Assembly: GCA_023249225.1 (NCBI GenBank)
Contig: JAHFDA010000007.1
Coordinates: 1,169-65,168 of the forward strand
Source of the DNA: a bacterium
Lineage (GTDB): Bacteria; Margulisbacteria; Marinamargulisbacteria; JAHFDA01
Reading direction: 5' to 3'
Length of the DNA stretch: 64,000 nt
The notes under the pieces: generated by a model
Databases searched by the model: none
What the model saw: only the letters and a program-made list of their open reading frames with translations
Told to the model about the DNA's origin: nothing
Shown: one piece after another, positions 46,056 through 55,323 of the stretch
Numbering within the stretch: the stretch's first letter is position 1
Layout of the letters: the number at the start of each line of letters is the position of its first letter
Translations under genes and position numbers: made by a program

Positions 46056-46608
46056 AACAAAAAAATCCAAGAAGGCTATTCTGCATTTTTTACTGCTCGG
46101 TTTTGTGGTTGTTTTTTTGTTGGGGTTTTGGTGGTTCCGGCACCTACCCCAAATTTTTGAGGCTCCCTTAGGGTTAAGACCAGATGTAAGCTTTGAAGGC
46201 GTGCACTTAAGCGAGTGGCAGGGCAATCAGGCACAATTTTATTTGCGCGCGCAAAAAGCGGATTTTTACCAGGCACTCGGACATACCCAGTTGTATGACG
46301 TCAGTGGCACGGTGCCCCGCAGCGGTACGCTGCCAGAGTTTGAGTTTTATGCCCAGCGGGGTCTGTATCAACAGCGGGATGGCCGCTTTACCTGGGAGGA
46401 TATTCGCTTAAGCACCAAAACGTCTGATTCTCTTATTGTTCAGGCCGGTGCCTTGGACTGGGTGCCGGGCGCGGCGTTTTTAGACTGCCGCAGCGGGGTC
46501 ACATTTTGGCAAAAGAATGTGTCCGGTCAGGCTGCCCGTGCCGCCGCCAATCTCGAAAATGGCCATGTTAAACTTTGGGATGGTGTGCGGGCCACGATTC
46601 AACCGTAA
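46036..46608 (+). CDS. lptC: LptC-like LPS export periplasmic protein (start uncertain)
   Basis: Single N-terminal TM (ILHFLLLGFVVVFLLGFWWF) followed by a ~150-aa beta-rich periplasmic domain. Position immediately upstream of lptA. Confidence 0.55.
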   Translation: MRNGEWGTKKSKKAILHFLLLGFVVVFLLGFWWFRHLPQIFEAPLGLRPDVSFEGVHLSEWQGNQAQFYLRAQKADFYQALGHTQLYDVSGTVPRSGTLPEFEFYAQRGLYQQRDGRFTWEDIRLSTKTSDSLIVQAGALDWVPGAAFLDCRSGVTFWQKNVSGQAARAAANLENGHVKLWDGVRATIQP

Positions 46609-46615
46609 ATCTTTT

Positions 46616-47143
46616 TTGCTTTATTTTTTGCTTGGCATGGCCTTGATGTCGCCAGTTTCAGCTAGTGAAACCCCCACGCCTGATCAAATTATCATTGATG
46701 CGGATCGCTTTGAAGTGATTGGCCAAAGCAACGATGTTCTGGCGCAAGGCAACGTGCAAGTGGTGCAGGGTAGGGTGCGGGTGCAGGGCGCTGAAGCCAC
46801 GTACCGCCAAGCGGATCAAATTGTTTATATGCGTGGGCAGGTCGAGTTGTTTAACGAAGGCATTGTGTTGCGGGCTCCACAAGTTGATGTATATGGCAAT
46901 CAACGCTTGATTCATGCTTCTGGGGGCGTTGAGTTTACCTTGAACGATCTTAAAGGCCAAAGCGAGATGATCGATTTTGACATGCGAGCGCAGACCATGA
47001 CATTGACCGGAGAACCCCACGCTTCGCAAGGTAAAGACGAGGTGCAGGGTACGGTGATCAAGGTGTTGCTTCAAGAAAAACGCATTGTGGCCGAAGGCAA
47101 GACGCGTATTATTTTGTCACCGGAGACGGTCAAAGGACGCTAA
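46616..47143 (+). CDS. lptA: LptA (OstA-like N-terminal domain) LPS transport periplasmic protein
   Basis: Signal peptide (LYFLLGMALMSPVSA), then the OstA-N pattern IIIDADRFEVIGQSNDVLAQGNVQVVQGRVRVQGAEATY. Confidence 0.65.
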   Translation: MLYFLLGMALMSPVSASETPTPDQIIIDADRFEVIGQSNDVLAQGNVQVVQGRVRVQGAEATYRQADQIVYMRGQVELFNEGIVLRAPQVDVYGNQRLIHASGGVEFTLNDLKGQSEMIDFDMRAQTMTLTGEPHASQGKDEVQGTVIKVLLQEKRIVAEGKTRIILSPETVKGR

Positions 47144-47146
47144 TTC

Positions 47147-47773
47147 ATGACATATGTCTTTGGCGACCAAACCCAGCCTTCCAGTGCCTGGTTCCATAGG
47201 CTAGACCCAAAAAAAAGGATCCGGTGGGCCACGGCCAATCAAGTTCATGGTCACAAAGTACTGCTGATTGGCCCGGAAAATATTCCTTCACACGGCATTG
47301 CAGGGGAGGCCGATGCCTTGCTTGCGCGTCACCCCGGCATAGGCCTGTGGATACGCACGGCCGACTGTCTGCCGCTTGTGATTGTTCAAAAAGGCGGTCC
47401 CTGGTTTGGCATCGTGCATGCCGGGTGGCGGGGTCTTGAGCGTGAAGTGATTTGCAAGACAGTTCAAGTTCTGCAGGCCCAGGGGGTTAGTCCATCAGCG
47501 CTCACGGTGCAGATCGGGCCCCATATCGATGGGCGCTGCTATCAGGTTGGTTCTGAATTATGTCAACGATTTGCGTCAATACCCTCTGCTATAATCAGTG
47601 ACGCATATCTCAATATGCAGGCGGTGGCCTGCGCGCAACTTGTGCGGATGGGGGTAGCACTGAAAAACATTCACAGCGTGCATCGCTGTACCCTTTGTGA
47701 TCCGCAGCTGGCATCGTTTCGGCGCAACCGCACAACGGCTCGAAACATTAGCGCGGTGGCTGTGGCAGTTTAA
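47147..47773 (+). CDS. pgeF: peptidoglycan editing factor PgeF / YfiH (DUF152) family
   Basis: TADCLPLVIVQKGGPWFGIVHAGWRGL and GPHIDGRCYQVGSE blocks. Confidence 0.7.
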   Translation: MTYVFGDQTQPSSAWFHRLDPKKRIRWATANQVHGHKVLLIGPENIPSHGIAGEADALLARHPGIGLWIRTADCLPLVIVQKGGPWFGIVHAGWRGLEREVICKTVQVLQAQGVSPSALTVQIGPHIDGRCYQVGSELCQRFASIPSAIISDAYLNMQAVACAQLVRMGVALKNIHSVHRCTLCDPQLASFRRNRTTARNISAVAVAV

Positions 47774-47784
47774 GGAGCAGTGGC

Positions 47785-48756
47785 GTGGAGTTTAATACAG
47801 AAACGGTTAGACAGCGCGAGGCTGTCGATGAATTGGACGTCTATGACCTGGTGATCATTGGTGCCGGTCCAGCAGGCATGTCGGCAGCCATCTACGCTGC
47901 CCGGGGTCAGTTACGAACCATGTTGCTTGAAAAAGCCATGCCCGGTGGTCAAGTCAGCAATATCTGGAAAATTGAAAACTATATCGGCTTTCCCCAAGGC
48001 ATTATCGGTACGGAACTCACCAAACGTATGGAAGCCCACCTCAATGAATTTAAGGTAGAAAAGGCCTGGGGCTATGTATCTGAAATTGAACACCTTGAAG
48101 CCAAGGTCAAATGCGTCAAGACCGATATTGGCAACCGTTACTATACCCGCACCATTATTATCGCATCGGGTCTTGAACCCAAAAAACTTAACGTGCCCGG
48201 AGAACTTCAGTTTCGAGGGCGCGGTGTCTCCTACCTGGCCACGCTCGATGGCCACAATTATCTGGGTAAACACGTGGCCATTATTGGGGGCACCACCGAG
48301 GCGGTAGACAGCGCTTTATATCTGGCGCGTTTTGCAAAAAAAATTTACATCATCTATCCCCAGTCTGAATTACATGCGGTCATGTCGCATAAGCAAAAAA
48401 TTCATGAAAAATCTGATCAGATTGACTGTCTGTGTAATTCGGTTATTGAAGAAATCATGGGTGAAGCCCGTGTGCACGAAATTTGTATTCGTAATACCCT
48501 GACCGATAAAACCCGCGTTATTCCTTGCGAAGGGGTCTTTGTGAATATAGGTAAGAACCCCGAAAACCGCTTTCTAACACCCCAGGTCAAGTTAGACGAA
48601 GAAGGTTTTGTGGTCACAGATGCCTATAACCGTACCACTGTTGAAGGTGTCTTTGCGGCGGGTGATGTGCGTTCAAAATATATTCGTCAAATTGCCACTG
48701 CCGTTGCCGATGGAGCCATTGCGGCTGTGATGGTGGATAAATTTTTACAGCATTAA
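47785..48756 (+). CDS. thioredoxin-reductase-like FAD/NAD(P) oxidoreductase lacking the redox-active CxxC
   Basis: YDLVIIGAGPAGMSAAIYAARG, GG.TEAVDSALYLARFAKKIYII, GVFAAGDV. The TrxB CATCD position reads YLATLD, like TrxR-like ferredoxin-NADP reductases. Confidence 0.65.
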   Translation: MEFNTETVRQREAVDELDVYDLVIIGAGPAGMSAAIYAARGQLRTMLLEKAMPGGQVSNIWKIENYIGFPQGIIGTELTKRMEAHLNEFKVEKAWGYVSEIEHLEAKVKCVKTDIGNRYYTRTIIIASGLEPKKLNVPGELQFRGRGVSYLATLDGHNYLGKHVAIIGGTTEAVDSALYLARFAKKIYIIYPQSELHAVMSHKQKIHEKSDQIDCLCNSVIEEIMGEARVHEICIRNTLTDKTRVIPCEGVFVNIGKNPENRFLTPQVKLDEEGFVVTDAYNRTTVEGVFAAGDVRSKYIRQIATAVADGAIAAVMVDKFLQH

Positions 48757-48809
48757 TTTTTTTAATGAACCATGTTTAGTATCTTGAGTTAGTTGGGAAG
48801 AGTATAACC

Positions 48810-49214
48810 ATGACATCCCAGACTGCTGCGGCAGGCCTGATTTTGGTTGTGGATGACGACCCCCATATACGCAAGGCACTGGCGATCATGCTGCGCCGGG
48901 AGCAGTACCAGGTGCTTGAAGCATCAGGTGTCGAAGAACTATATGCCGTGTTAGAAGATTGCCGTCCAGATCTGATCTTTTTAGATGTCATGCTAAGCGG
49001 CGAGGATGGTTTTTCGGTTTGCCAGCAGTTAAAAACAGAATCTTTTACCATGGATGTGCCGGTATTCTTACTGACGGCGCGGGGTTTGCATGCTGACGTG
49101 GTGCGGGGGTTTATGTGTGGTGCTTCAGAATATGTGCTTAAACCCTTTTTGGCCAAGGATGTCATTGCACTGGTTAAAAAGTATGTGATGACTCATCCAG
49201 TAAAACAGCGCTGA
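48810..49214 (+). CDS. single-domain response regulator (CheY-like receiver)
   Basis: LILVVDDDPHIRKALAIMLRREQYQVLEASGVEELYAVLEDCRPDLIFLDVMLSGEDGF. Confidence 0.75.
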   Translation: MTSQTAAAGLILVVDDDPHIRKALAIMLRREQYQVLEASGVEELYAVLEDCRPDLIFLDVMLSGEDGFSVCQQLKTESFTMDVPVFLLTARGLHADVVRGFMCGASEYVLKPFLAKDVIALVKKYVMTHPVKQR

Positions 49215-49222
49215 CGTATCCT

Positions 49223-49714
49223 TTATAACGTAGATAGCAATGCTTGGAGATTGTGAGTCAGATTGAGACGCTGGGGGCTGTCCATTTGTTCCAGCGTGTG
49301 GGCCATGGCTGACAGATGTAACTGGTAATACTGTTCAGCAAGATCCTTTCCTTTTTGAGACAGGCTGACCCGCACCACACGGCGATCACGCGTGTCAGAG
49401 GTTCTTTTTACATAATCCATGCGATGTAAGCGATCCATCATCTGGGTGGCGTTCGAAAGCTCTACATCCAGATGTTTTGCCAGTTCGCTCATGGTCAGGC
49501 TATGGTGTTCGCGAAGTAAAAAAAGGATGCCGATCTGGTTGTAGGTTAAATCAAATGCAAAGTTTTTTGAGGAAATTTGTACCAGGTGTTTTAAACGCCG
49601 GATTAGTTCCGGTATCTTGGTCAACAAGGCGGCGGCCAGTTCTAAATTTTCGTCGGATAGCGCTGTTTCGCCCATGGATGAGCATACTTTGGCAGTTGGT
49701 ATACTTAATGTCAA
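49223..49714 (-). CDS. MarR-family transcriptional regulator
   Basis: Winged-helix block LFLLREHHSLTMSELAKHLDVELSNATQMMDRLHRMDYVKRTSDTRDRRVVRVSLSQKGKDL. Confidence 0.75.
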   Translation of the reverse strand: MTLSIPTAKVCSSMGETALSDENLELAAALLTKIPELIRRLKHLVQISSKNFAFDLTYNQIGILFLLREHHSLTMSELAKHLDVELSNATQMMDRLHRMDYVKRTSDTRDRRVVRVSLSQKGKDLAEQYYQLHLSAMAHTLEQMDSPQRLNLTHNLQALLSTL

Positions 49715-49746
49715 TGATATTTAATACCCTAAAGCGCTATCAAAAA

Positions 49747-50262
49747 ATGACGCTGTGCCTGGCGGTTTTTATGGGCCTGTTTGTTTTTCCAGCCTGGGCC
49801 AAGGCAGAAAATATTAAATTGCAGATCAAAGCAAGTCCCGTGACGCCTGCGGCAGAAATCGTGTGGAGTGAGTATCTCAATGGTTTGGCCGAAGGCCGAA
49901 AACAAAAGAAGCCGATTTTTATCGATTTTTACACAGACTGGTGTCACTGGTGCCATGAACTTGATCGCGTGACTTACCAGGACAAACAAGTCATCCGCTT
50001 GATGAACGAAAAATTGATTGCTATCAGAATCAACGCCGAATCTAAAACGGGCATGTCCATTGCGCGGCAGTATCCGATCCGGGGCTATCCCAGTCTGTGG
50101 TTTTTAAATTCTAACGGGGACGTCATTACGCCGATCAATGGTTACGTGGAACCTCACAACATGGTGTCGATTTTGCTTTATATGGGTGATCATTATTTCG
50201 AACAAATGAATTACGATGAATTTATGAAGTCGATCTATCCAAAGTTAAAAGTGGAAAGTTAA
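49747..50262 (+). CDS. thioredoxin-fold protein with WCHWC active site (DUF255/TlpA-like), secreted
   Basis: Signal peptide MTLCLAVFMGLFVFPAWA. IFIDFYTDWCHWCHELD carries the CxxC. The start could also be ATG 49714. Confidence 0.65.
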   Translation: MTLCLAVFMGLFVFPAWAKAENIKLQIKASPVTPAAEIVWSEYLNGLAEGRKQKKPIFIDFYTDWCHWCHELDRVTYQDKQVIRLMNEKLIAIRINAESKTGMSIARQYPIRGYPSLWFLNSNGDVITPINGYVEPHNMVSILLYMGDHYFEQMNYDEFMKSIYPKLKVES

Positions 50263-50278
50263 AAATAAAAAGTAAAAA

Positions 50279-50998
50279 GTGGATACGTCCTTGCTTGTCA
50301 GCATCAGTTACGGTTCTGCTTTTTTAGCAGGGCTGGCTTCGTTTCTTACGCCTTGTGTGTTGCCGCTCGTGCCGGTGTACTTAAGTTATCTGGGGGGCGT
50401 GTCAGTGGGCGAACTGGCCCAGCTCGACCGACACAAGCAGCCGCGTTTGTGGCTGAATGGTTTATGTTTTATTGCGGGTTTTTCTACGGTCTTTATTGCC
50501 CTGGGCGCCAGCGCCACCACGTTGGGGCGTTTTTTATTGATCCATCTGGGCGCGGTGGAACGTCTGGCAGGTGCGCTGGTCTTGTTCTTTGGTCTGTTCC
50601 TGGCGGGGTTGATCAAAGTTCCCACTTTGTGGCGTACGCTAAATATCAAGTGGTTTACGCCTCGCCCCGGCATTGGCTTAGGGGGTTCCTGGTTGCTTGG
50701 GTTTACCTTTGCTTTTGGCTGGACGCCCTGCGTTGGGCCTATTTTAGGGGCCATTCTGGCCTTGGCAGCCACCAAACAACATATTGCTTCGGGTATCACA
50801 CTGCTGGCGCTTTATTCTCTTGGGTTGGCTCTGCCCTTTATCCTGGTTTTGCTTGGCTTGCAGTGGGCCTTGCCGCGCATTAAACATATGCAACGCCATG
50901 CGCCCGTGATTGAAAAAATTTCAGCCTTCGGACTCATCCTGCTTGGGGGAGCCATGCTGCTGGGGTGGTTTTCCAGACTAAGTAGTTTGTTGGGTTAG
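50279..50998 (+). CDS. ccdA: cytochrome c-type biogenesis / thiol-disulfide transfer membrane protein CcdA (DsbD TM domain)
   Basis: LASFLTPCVLPLVPVYLSYLGG and second conserved Cys in TPCVGP. Confidence 0.75.
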   Translation: MDTSLLVSISYGSAFLAGLASFLTPCVLPLVPVYLSYLGGVSVGELAQLDRHKQPRLWLNGLCFIAGFSTVFIALGASATTLGRFLLIHLGAVERLAGALVLFFGLFLAGLIKVPTLWRTLNIKWFTPRPGIGLGGSWLLGFTFAFGWTPCVGPILGAILALAATKQHIASGITLLALYSLGLALPFILVLLGLQWALPRIKHMQRHAPVIEKISAFGLILLGGAMLLGWFSRLSSLLG

Positions 50999-51098
50999 TA
51001 CCTCGACCGCATGAATTTGTTACTATTTTCTGATGAAACGCTGCGTGCGGCTCAGTACAGGCCGTGATTTGTTATTTAAAATTCAATCGGTCACGGCA

Positions 51099-51596
51099 CT
51101 AGTCTTTACTATTGATCGCTTCGTTAATGCCCAGCGTTTCGTTTAAGTATTTTGAAAGCTGATCCGAAAGCACTTTAGGAATTCTGACCGCAAAAAACGA
51201 GGTGGCTTCGTCGACGTGTTCTGCTTTAAACCAGCCTTTTTCGGCCATGTGGCGCAGGGCTGATTTATTAACCCCCTTGGCCACCTTGCGGCTGGTTTCG
51301 CTGATGTTTCTGGACATCTCTTTAAGAATTTCACGTTCTTCAGAATCGATGGAAAGGTTTTCATCACTGGCTTCTGTGGCAGCGCTTTCGCCGGTTTCTT
51401 CAGTACCTTCGGTGACCGTCTGAATTGCGGGCCGACCAAGCTCTGGCGGTAGCCCGGCGTTGCCCACGCTTTCTTTTTTTTGCTGTTTTTGCACTTCGTC
51501 CTTAGAAGCTGCGGCAGCAGCACTTGCACTACGGCTGGCTTGATGGGCCTGCGAAACCTGGCTTGGCATTGGCGGAACGGCACCCACTTGAGTCAT
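51099..51596 (-). CDS. hypothetical protein with low-complexity acidic N-terminal region
   Basis: 165-aa ORF with Ala/Ser/Glu-rich N-terminal half and a conserved-looking C-terminal ~70 aa. No family recognised. Confidence 0.35.
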   Translation of the reverse strand: MTQVGAVPPMPSQVSQAHQASRSASAAAAASKDEVQKQQKKESVGNAGLPPELGRPAIQTVTEGTEETGESAATEASDENLSIDSEEREILKEMSRNISETSRKVAKGVNKSALRHMAEKGWFKAEHVDEATSFFAVRIPKVLSDQLSKYLNETLGINEAINSKD

Positions 51597-51720
51597 GGCA
51601 TTACTCCTTTTATGTTACTTGCTACAGTAGTATGCCATTTGTGCCCTGCCAGGCTTTGTTTTAAACCCCATAATTTTTCCTTGAAATCTTGACGGTTTTT
51701 TAGTAAATTTTACTGATCCT

Positions 51721-53508
51721 ATGATCAGCGACGAAATGTCACGTTTGCTTTTTAAAGTTCGCAAGCCTGGACGCTATGTGGGGGGTGAACTGGGCGCACT
51801 GAATTCTGATTTAAAGCACGCTGCGGACGTGCGGGTGGTGTTGTGTTACCCAGACTTATATGAGGTGGGTGCTGATAACGGCGGCATACAGCTTTTGTAT
51901 CAATGTCTCAATCATGTTCCCGATATTCTTTGTCACCGGGTTTTCTGTCCGGATCTTGATTTGGAACAAGCCCTGCATGCCACCGGTGTGGGCTTATGGA
52001 CGCTCGAAAGTCACGAGCCAGTTCGAGACTATCACTTCTTAGGTTTTTCTCTGGCTACCGAACTTAGCTATATTAATTTGATTACTGTTCTTAAATCATC
52101 TGCTCTTCCGGTGATTGCGGCCAATCGTGGGGACGCGGATTCCTGGGTTTTTGCTGGGGGTCCCGCCGGGTATAACCCCGAGCCGGTGGCAGCTTTTATT
52201 GATTTTTTTGTGCTGGGAGAGGCTGAAGATGTACTGCCACAATTGCTGGTGCAACTGTGGCAGCGCCGTGCCACGCCGCGTACAGAGCGTTTGGCCTGGT
52301 TGAGCCAGCAACCCGGTGTATACGTGCCCGCGTGTTATCAATTTGAATATCAGGGTGTGCAGATTGCAGCCACCCGTTACCTGGGAAGAGGTCAGGAACG
52401 GGTGACGCGCCTGGTGGCCAAGTCGTTTCAAGATGCAGTCAAAACGTTGCGACCGGTGCTGCCTGCCGTCGAAACGGTGTTCGACCGCGATAACGTGCAA
52501 ATCTTGCGGGGGTGTCCGCACAAATGTCGTTTTTGCCAGATCAGTTTTATCACTACGCCGGTGCGTGAACGACCCGCTGACGACGTGGTTTCAGAAGCCA
52601 TGGCAAGCTTGGCTTATAGTGGGCGCGAGGGGGTTTCGCTGCTGTCGCTTAGTTCCAGCGACCATACCCAAATTGAGGATATGATTGGCCGTATTGAATC
52701 TGAACTGACTCCCAAACAAGTGTCTGTCACCCTTCCCAGTTTGCGGGTGGATACCTTTAATGAGACCTTGGCGGTTAAAAGCCGGGCGGTGCGCGATACG
52801 GGCCTTACCCTGGCCCCCGAAGGAGGCAGCCAGCGTATGCGTGACGTGGTAAGCAAGCATATTTCCGAGGAACAGATCCTGCGCAGTCTGCAGGTGGCTT
52901 GCCGCGCTGGCATGACGCGCATGAAGTTATATTTTGTCATCGGACTACCCGGCGAGGATGAAAGTGACCTTTTGGCCATTGCCGATCTGGGGCGTAAACT
53001 CGTTGACGCTGCCAGAGAGCTTGGTCACAATAAGTTTAAGGTTACGATCAGTTGTTCGATCCTGGTTCCCAAGCCGCATACGCCCTTTCAGTGGTTAAGG
53101 CAGATAAGCAGGGAAGAGGCCGAAGCAAAATTAAATTTTTTGAAAAAAAATGAAAAGGGGAGAAACGTGGAGTTGCGTTGGCATGATCCGCAGATGGCGG
53201 AGTTAGAAGGTATTCTTAGCCGTGGCGACCGGCGTATGGCAACCGCTTTACTGGCAGCCCACGACCGGGGATGCCGCCTGGATGCTTGGAACGAACATTT
53301 AAACTACGGTTTTTGGCTAGAAGCTTTAGCCCAGACCGGATTTGAAACTACCCAGTGTTTGCGCGCACGTGACACTGAAGAAATTCTGCCGTGGCAGTGG
53401 GTGAACACCGGCGTTCCGCTGGCTTATCTTAAAAAAGAGCACGAAAAAACGCAGCAGATGCTGGCCACCTCCGAAGCCGAAATGCAAGTTGCTGGTCAGG
53501 CTTTGTAG
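51721..53508 (+). CDS. radical SAM protein (B12-binding-like N-terminal domain + radical SAM core)
   Basis: CxxxCxxC motif ILRGCPHKCRFCQISF about 270 aa from the N-terminus. Length and domain order resemble the TIGR03960-type radical SAM family. Confidence 0.7.
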   Translation: MISDEMSRLLFKVRKPGRYVGGELGALNSDLKHAADVRVVLCYPDLYEVGADNGGIQLLYQCLNHVPDILCHRVFCPDLDLEQALHATGVGLWTLESHEPVRDYHFLGFSLATELSYINLITVLKSSALPVIAANRGDADSWVFAGGPAGYNPEPVAAFIDFFVLGEAEDVLPQLLVQLWQRRATPRTERLAWLSQQPGVYVPACYQFEYQGVQIAATRYLGRGQERVTRLVAKSFQDAVKTLRPVLPAVETVFDRDNVQILRGCPHKCRFCQISFITTPVRERPADDVVSEAMASLAYSGREGVSLLSLSSSDHTQIEDMIGRIESELTPKQVSVTLPSLRVDTFNETLAVKSRAVRDTGLTLAPEGGSQRMRDVVSKHISEEQILRSLQVACRAGMTRMKLYFVIGLPGEDESDLLAIADLGRKLVDAARELGHNKFKVTISCSILVPKPHTPFQWLRQISREEAEAKLNFLKKNEKGRNVELRWHDPQMAELEGILSRGDRRMATALLAAHDRGCRLDAWNEHLNYGFWLEALAQTGFETTQCLRARDTEEILPWQWVNTGVPLAYLKKEHEKTQQMLATSEAEMQVAGQAL

Positions 53509-53535
53509 GTGTCAATTTTTGCAAGGGAGGATCCC

Positions 53536-54558
53536 ATGGGTATTAAGAAAAAGGTAACCGCCAAAGAAGTGGCCGATTTGGCTGGCGTGTCGCTGTCGAC
53601 CATTTCGCAAACTTTTAATAATCCCAACCGGGTGGGCGAGGAAAACCGCAAGAAGGTGCTCGAATCTGCCCGCAAATTAGGCTATGAAGTGCCCAAACGG
53701 CAAAAAAAGATCTATGGCCTGATTGGATTGTTGATTGAGCGTTGGGTTGAAACGACCTTGGTAAACCCGTTTTATTCGTTTGTGATCAAGGGTATGTTAG
53801 ACGGTGCCAACAAGAACGGCTATACCATCATGATCGAAACCATTGATAAGGACGAAATTGTTTTTCCAAAGATGATTAAAGATGGACTCATTGACGGCAT
53901 CTTGCTGGTGGGTCGGGTACGGCTCGAGTACGTGCAGCTTTTGCAAGGCAAAAATGTGCCCTTTGTGCTGGTGGATCATTACATTCCCAACACCAATGTG
54001 AACTATGTTTTAAGTGACGGTCGCATGGGTGCGTTTAACGGCACGCAATATTTGATCGACAACGGGCACCGCAAAATTGGTTTGGTGGGTGGACCAGGAG
54101 ACCTGGTTACGATCAATGAGCGCGAGGAGGGTTTTCGGTCGGCGCTTGAAAAAAATGGTCTAACCTACAATCCCAAATGGCGGGTCGAAGGAAACTTTGA
54201 GTTTGAGTCGGCGCGTCAAGCCATGACCAAGTTTGTAAAATCAAGCGCTCCGGGCACGCGTCCGACGGCTTATTTTTGCGTCAATGACCTCATGGCCCTG
54301 GGATCAATTCAGGCTTACCGTGATGCGGGTTTGAAGGTACCCGAAGATGCGTCTTTTATGGGCTTTGACAATATTGAAGTTTCATTTAACGCCAATTTGT
54401 ATAAGTCTACCCTGACGACGGTCGGCGTACGTAAAGAGGATCTGGGCGAAAAAGCCGTGGAACTGCTGAAAGAACTCATTGCGCATCCCGATAAAGATCC
54501 GACCAAAACCATTTTGCCAACAGAACTGGTGATCAGGGAGACAGTAAAGCCAGTATAG
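53536..54558 (+). CDS. LacI-family transcriptional regulator
   Basis: ATG 53536 is preceded by AAGGGAGG. N-terminal HTH VTAKEVADLAGVSLSTISQTFNN, then a periplasmic-binding-protein-like sugar-binding domain. Confidence 0.75.
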   Translation: MGIKKKVTAKEVADLAGVSLSTISQTFNNPNRVGEENRKKVLESARKLGYEVPKRQKKIYGLIGLLIERWVETTLVNPFYSFVIKGMLDGANKNGYTIMIETIDKDEIVFPKMIKDGLIDGILLVGRVRLEYVQLLQGKNVPFVLVDHYIPNTNVNYVLSDGRMGAFNGTQYLIDNGHRKIGLVGGPGDLVTINEREEGFRSALEKNGLTYNPKWRVEGNFEFESARQAMTKFVKSSAPGTRPTAYFCVNDLMALGSIQAYRDAGLKVPEDASFMGFDNIEVSFNANLYKSTLTTVGVRKEDLGEKAVELLKELIAHPDKDPTKTILPTELVIRETVKPV

Positions 54559-54722
54559 TTTTTCATAAGTTTTAATAAAATTTATGTAATATCTAGTAAA
54601 ATAAATACCCTTTATTTTATTTCTTCACGATAATGGTTTACTCGCAAGCTAAACAGCATCAGTGTTTGTGCTGATGGCTTTCGGGGAATATATCAAGTTA
54701 GCTTAGAAAGGTGCGTGTATTA

Positions 54723-55262
54723 ATGAACGCAAAAACAGATTTTCGAATTAAGGATATTAAAAAACCAGTCTCGATTAAATATCGGAACACTTCCAAGATT
54801 GTTGCACATGAGTACGGATGGCTGCTAAAGGGCCGGGGACAAGAAGTATTGATTCGAGTGGCCCTGTCCGAGACCTGGCCCGAAGATGCCAAAATGGTAA
54901 TCGACACCACCCAGTTTAAAGGCCCTTGCGAAGTAAGCGTCAACCATCAGTTACAAGACGATGAACATGTTTTGATCGTCACCAGCTTGATCAACAACGA
55001 AAAAAAAGAAAGCATGCTGCGTCTACGCGATATTCCGGTGATTCACGTGGATATTGATGAGCGCGCCAAAATTCAGTTTAAGGCCGAAGTCAATGGCATT
55101 CAGTTTATCGTGTCTCCCAGCCGTGAAGAAACCATTGCCTTTAATGCCGACGAAAATGAGTTAAATTTCTTTAATGGTTTTAGAAAAATTCATGTTGACC
55201 TTGCTAAAAAGCTGCACGTTGAACTGAATGCGGATCAGATTATTGACGATATCAGGATCTGA
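54723..55262 (+). CDS. hypothetical protein
   Basis: ORF 54711-55262, with the ATG at 54723 after AAAGGTG. It is preceded by a ~100-bp AT-rich region. No family recognised. Confidence 0.4.
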   Translation: MNAKTDFRIKDIKKPVSIKYRNTSKIVAHEYGWLLKGRGQEVLIRVALSETWPEDAKMVIDTTQFKGPCEVSVNHQLQDDEHVLIVTSLINNEKKESMLRLRDIPVIHVDIDERAKIQFKAEVNGIQFIVSPSREETIAFNADENELNFFNGFRKIHVDLAKKLHVELNADQIIDDIRI

Positions 55263-55323
55263 TTTTTATTAGTAAACGCGGAGTAGGTTTTTTTGTTCCG
55301 CATTCCGCGTTTCGCGTTCCACA

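Noticed and set aside
45974-46171. ORFs 45974-46171 and 45978-46160 with GNAECGMGNGE-type peptide repeats
   Set aside because: They are alternative-frame translations of the 7-nt tandem repeat and overlap the lptC frame. The repeat is a DNA-level feature, not a protein repeat.
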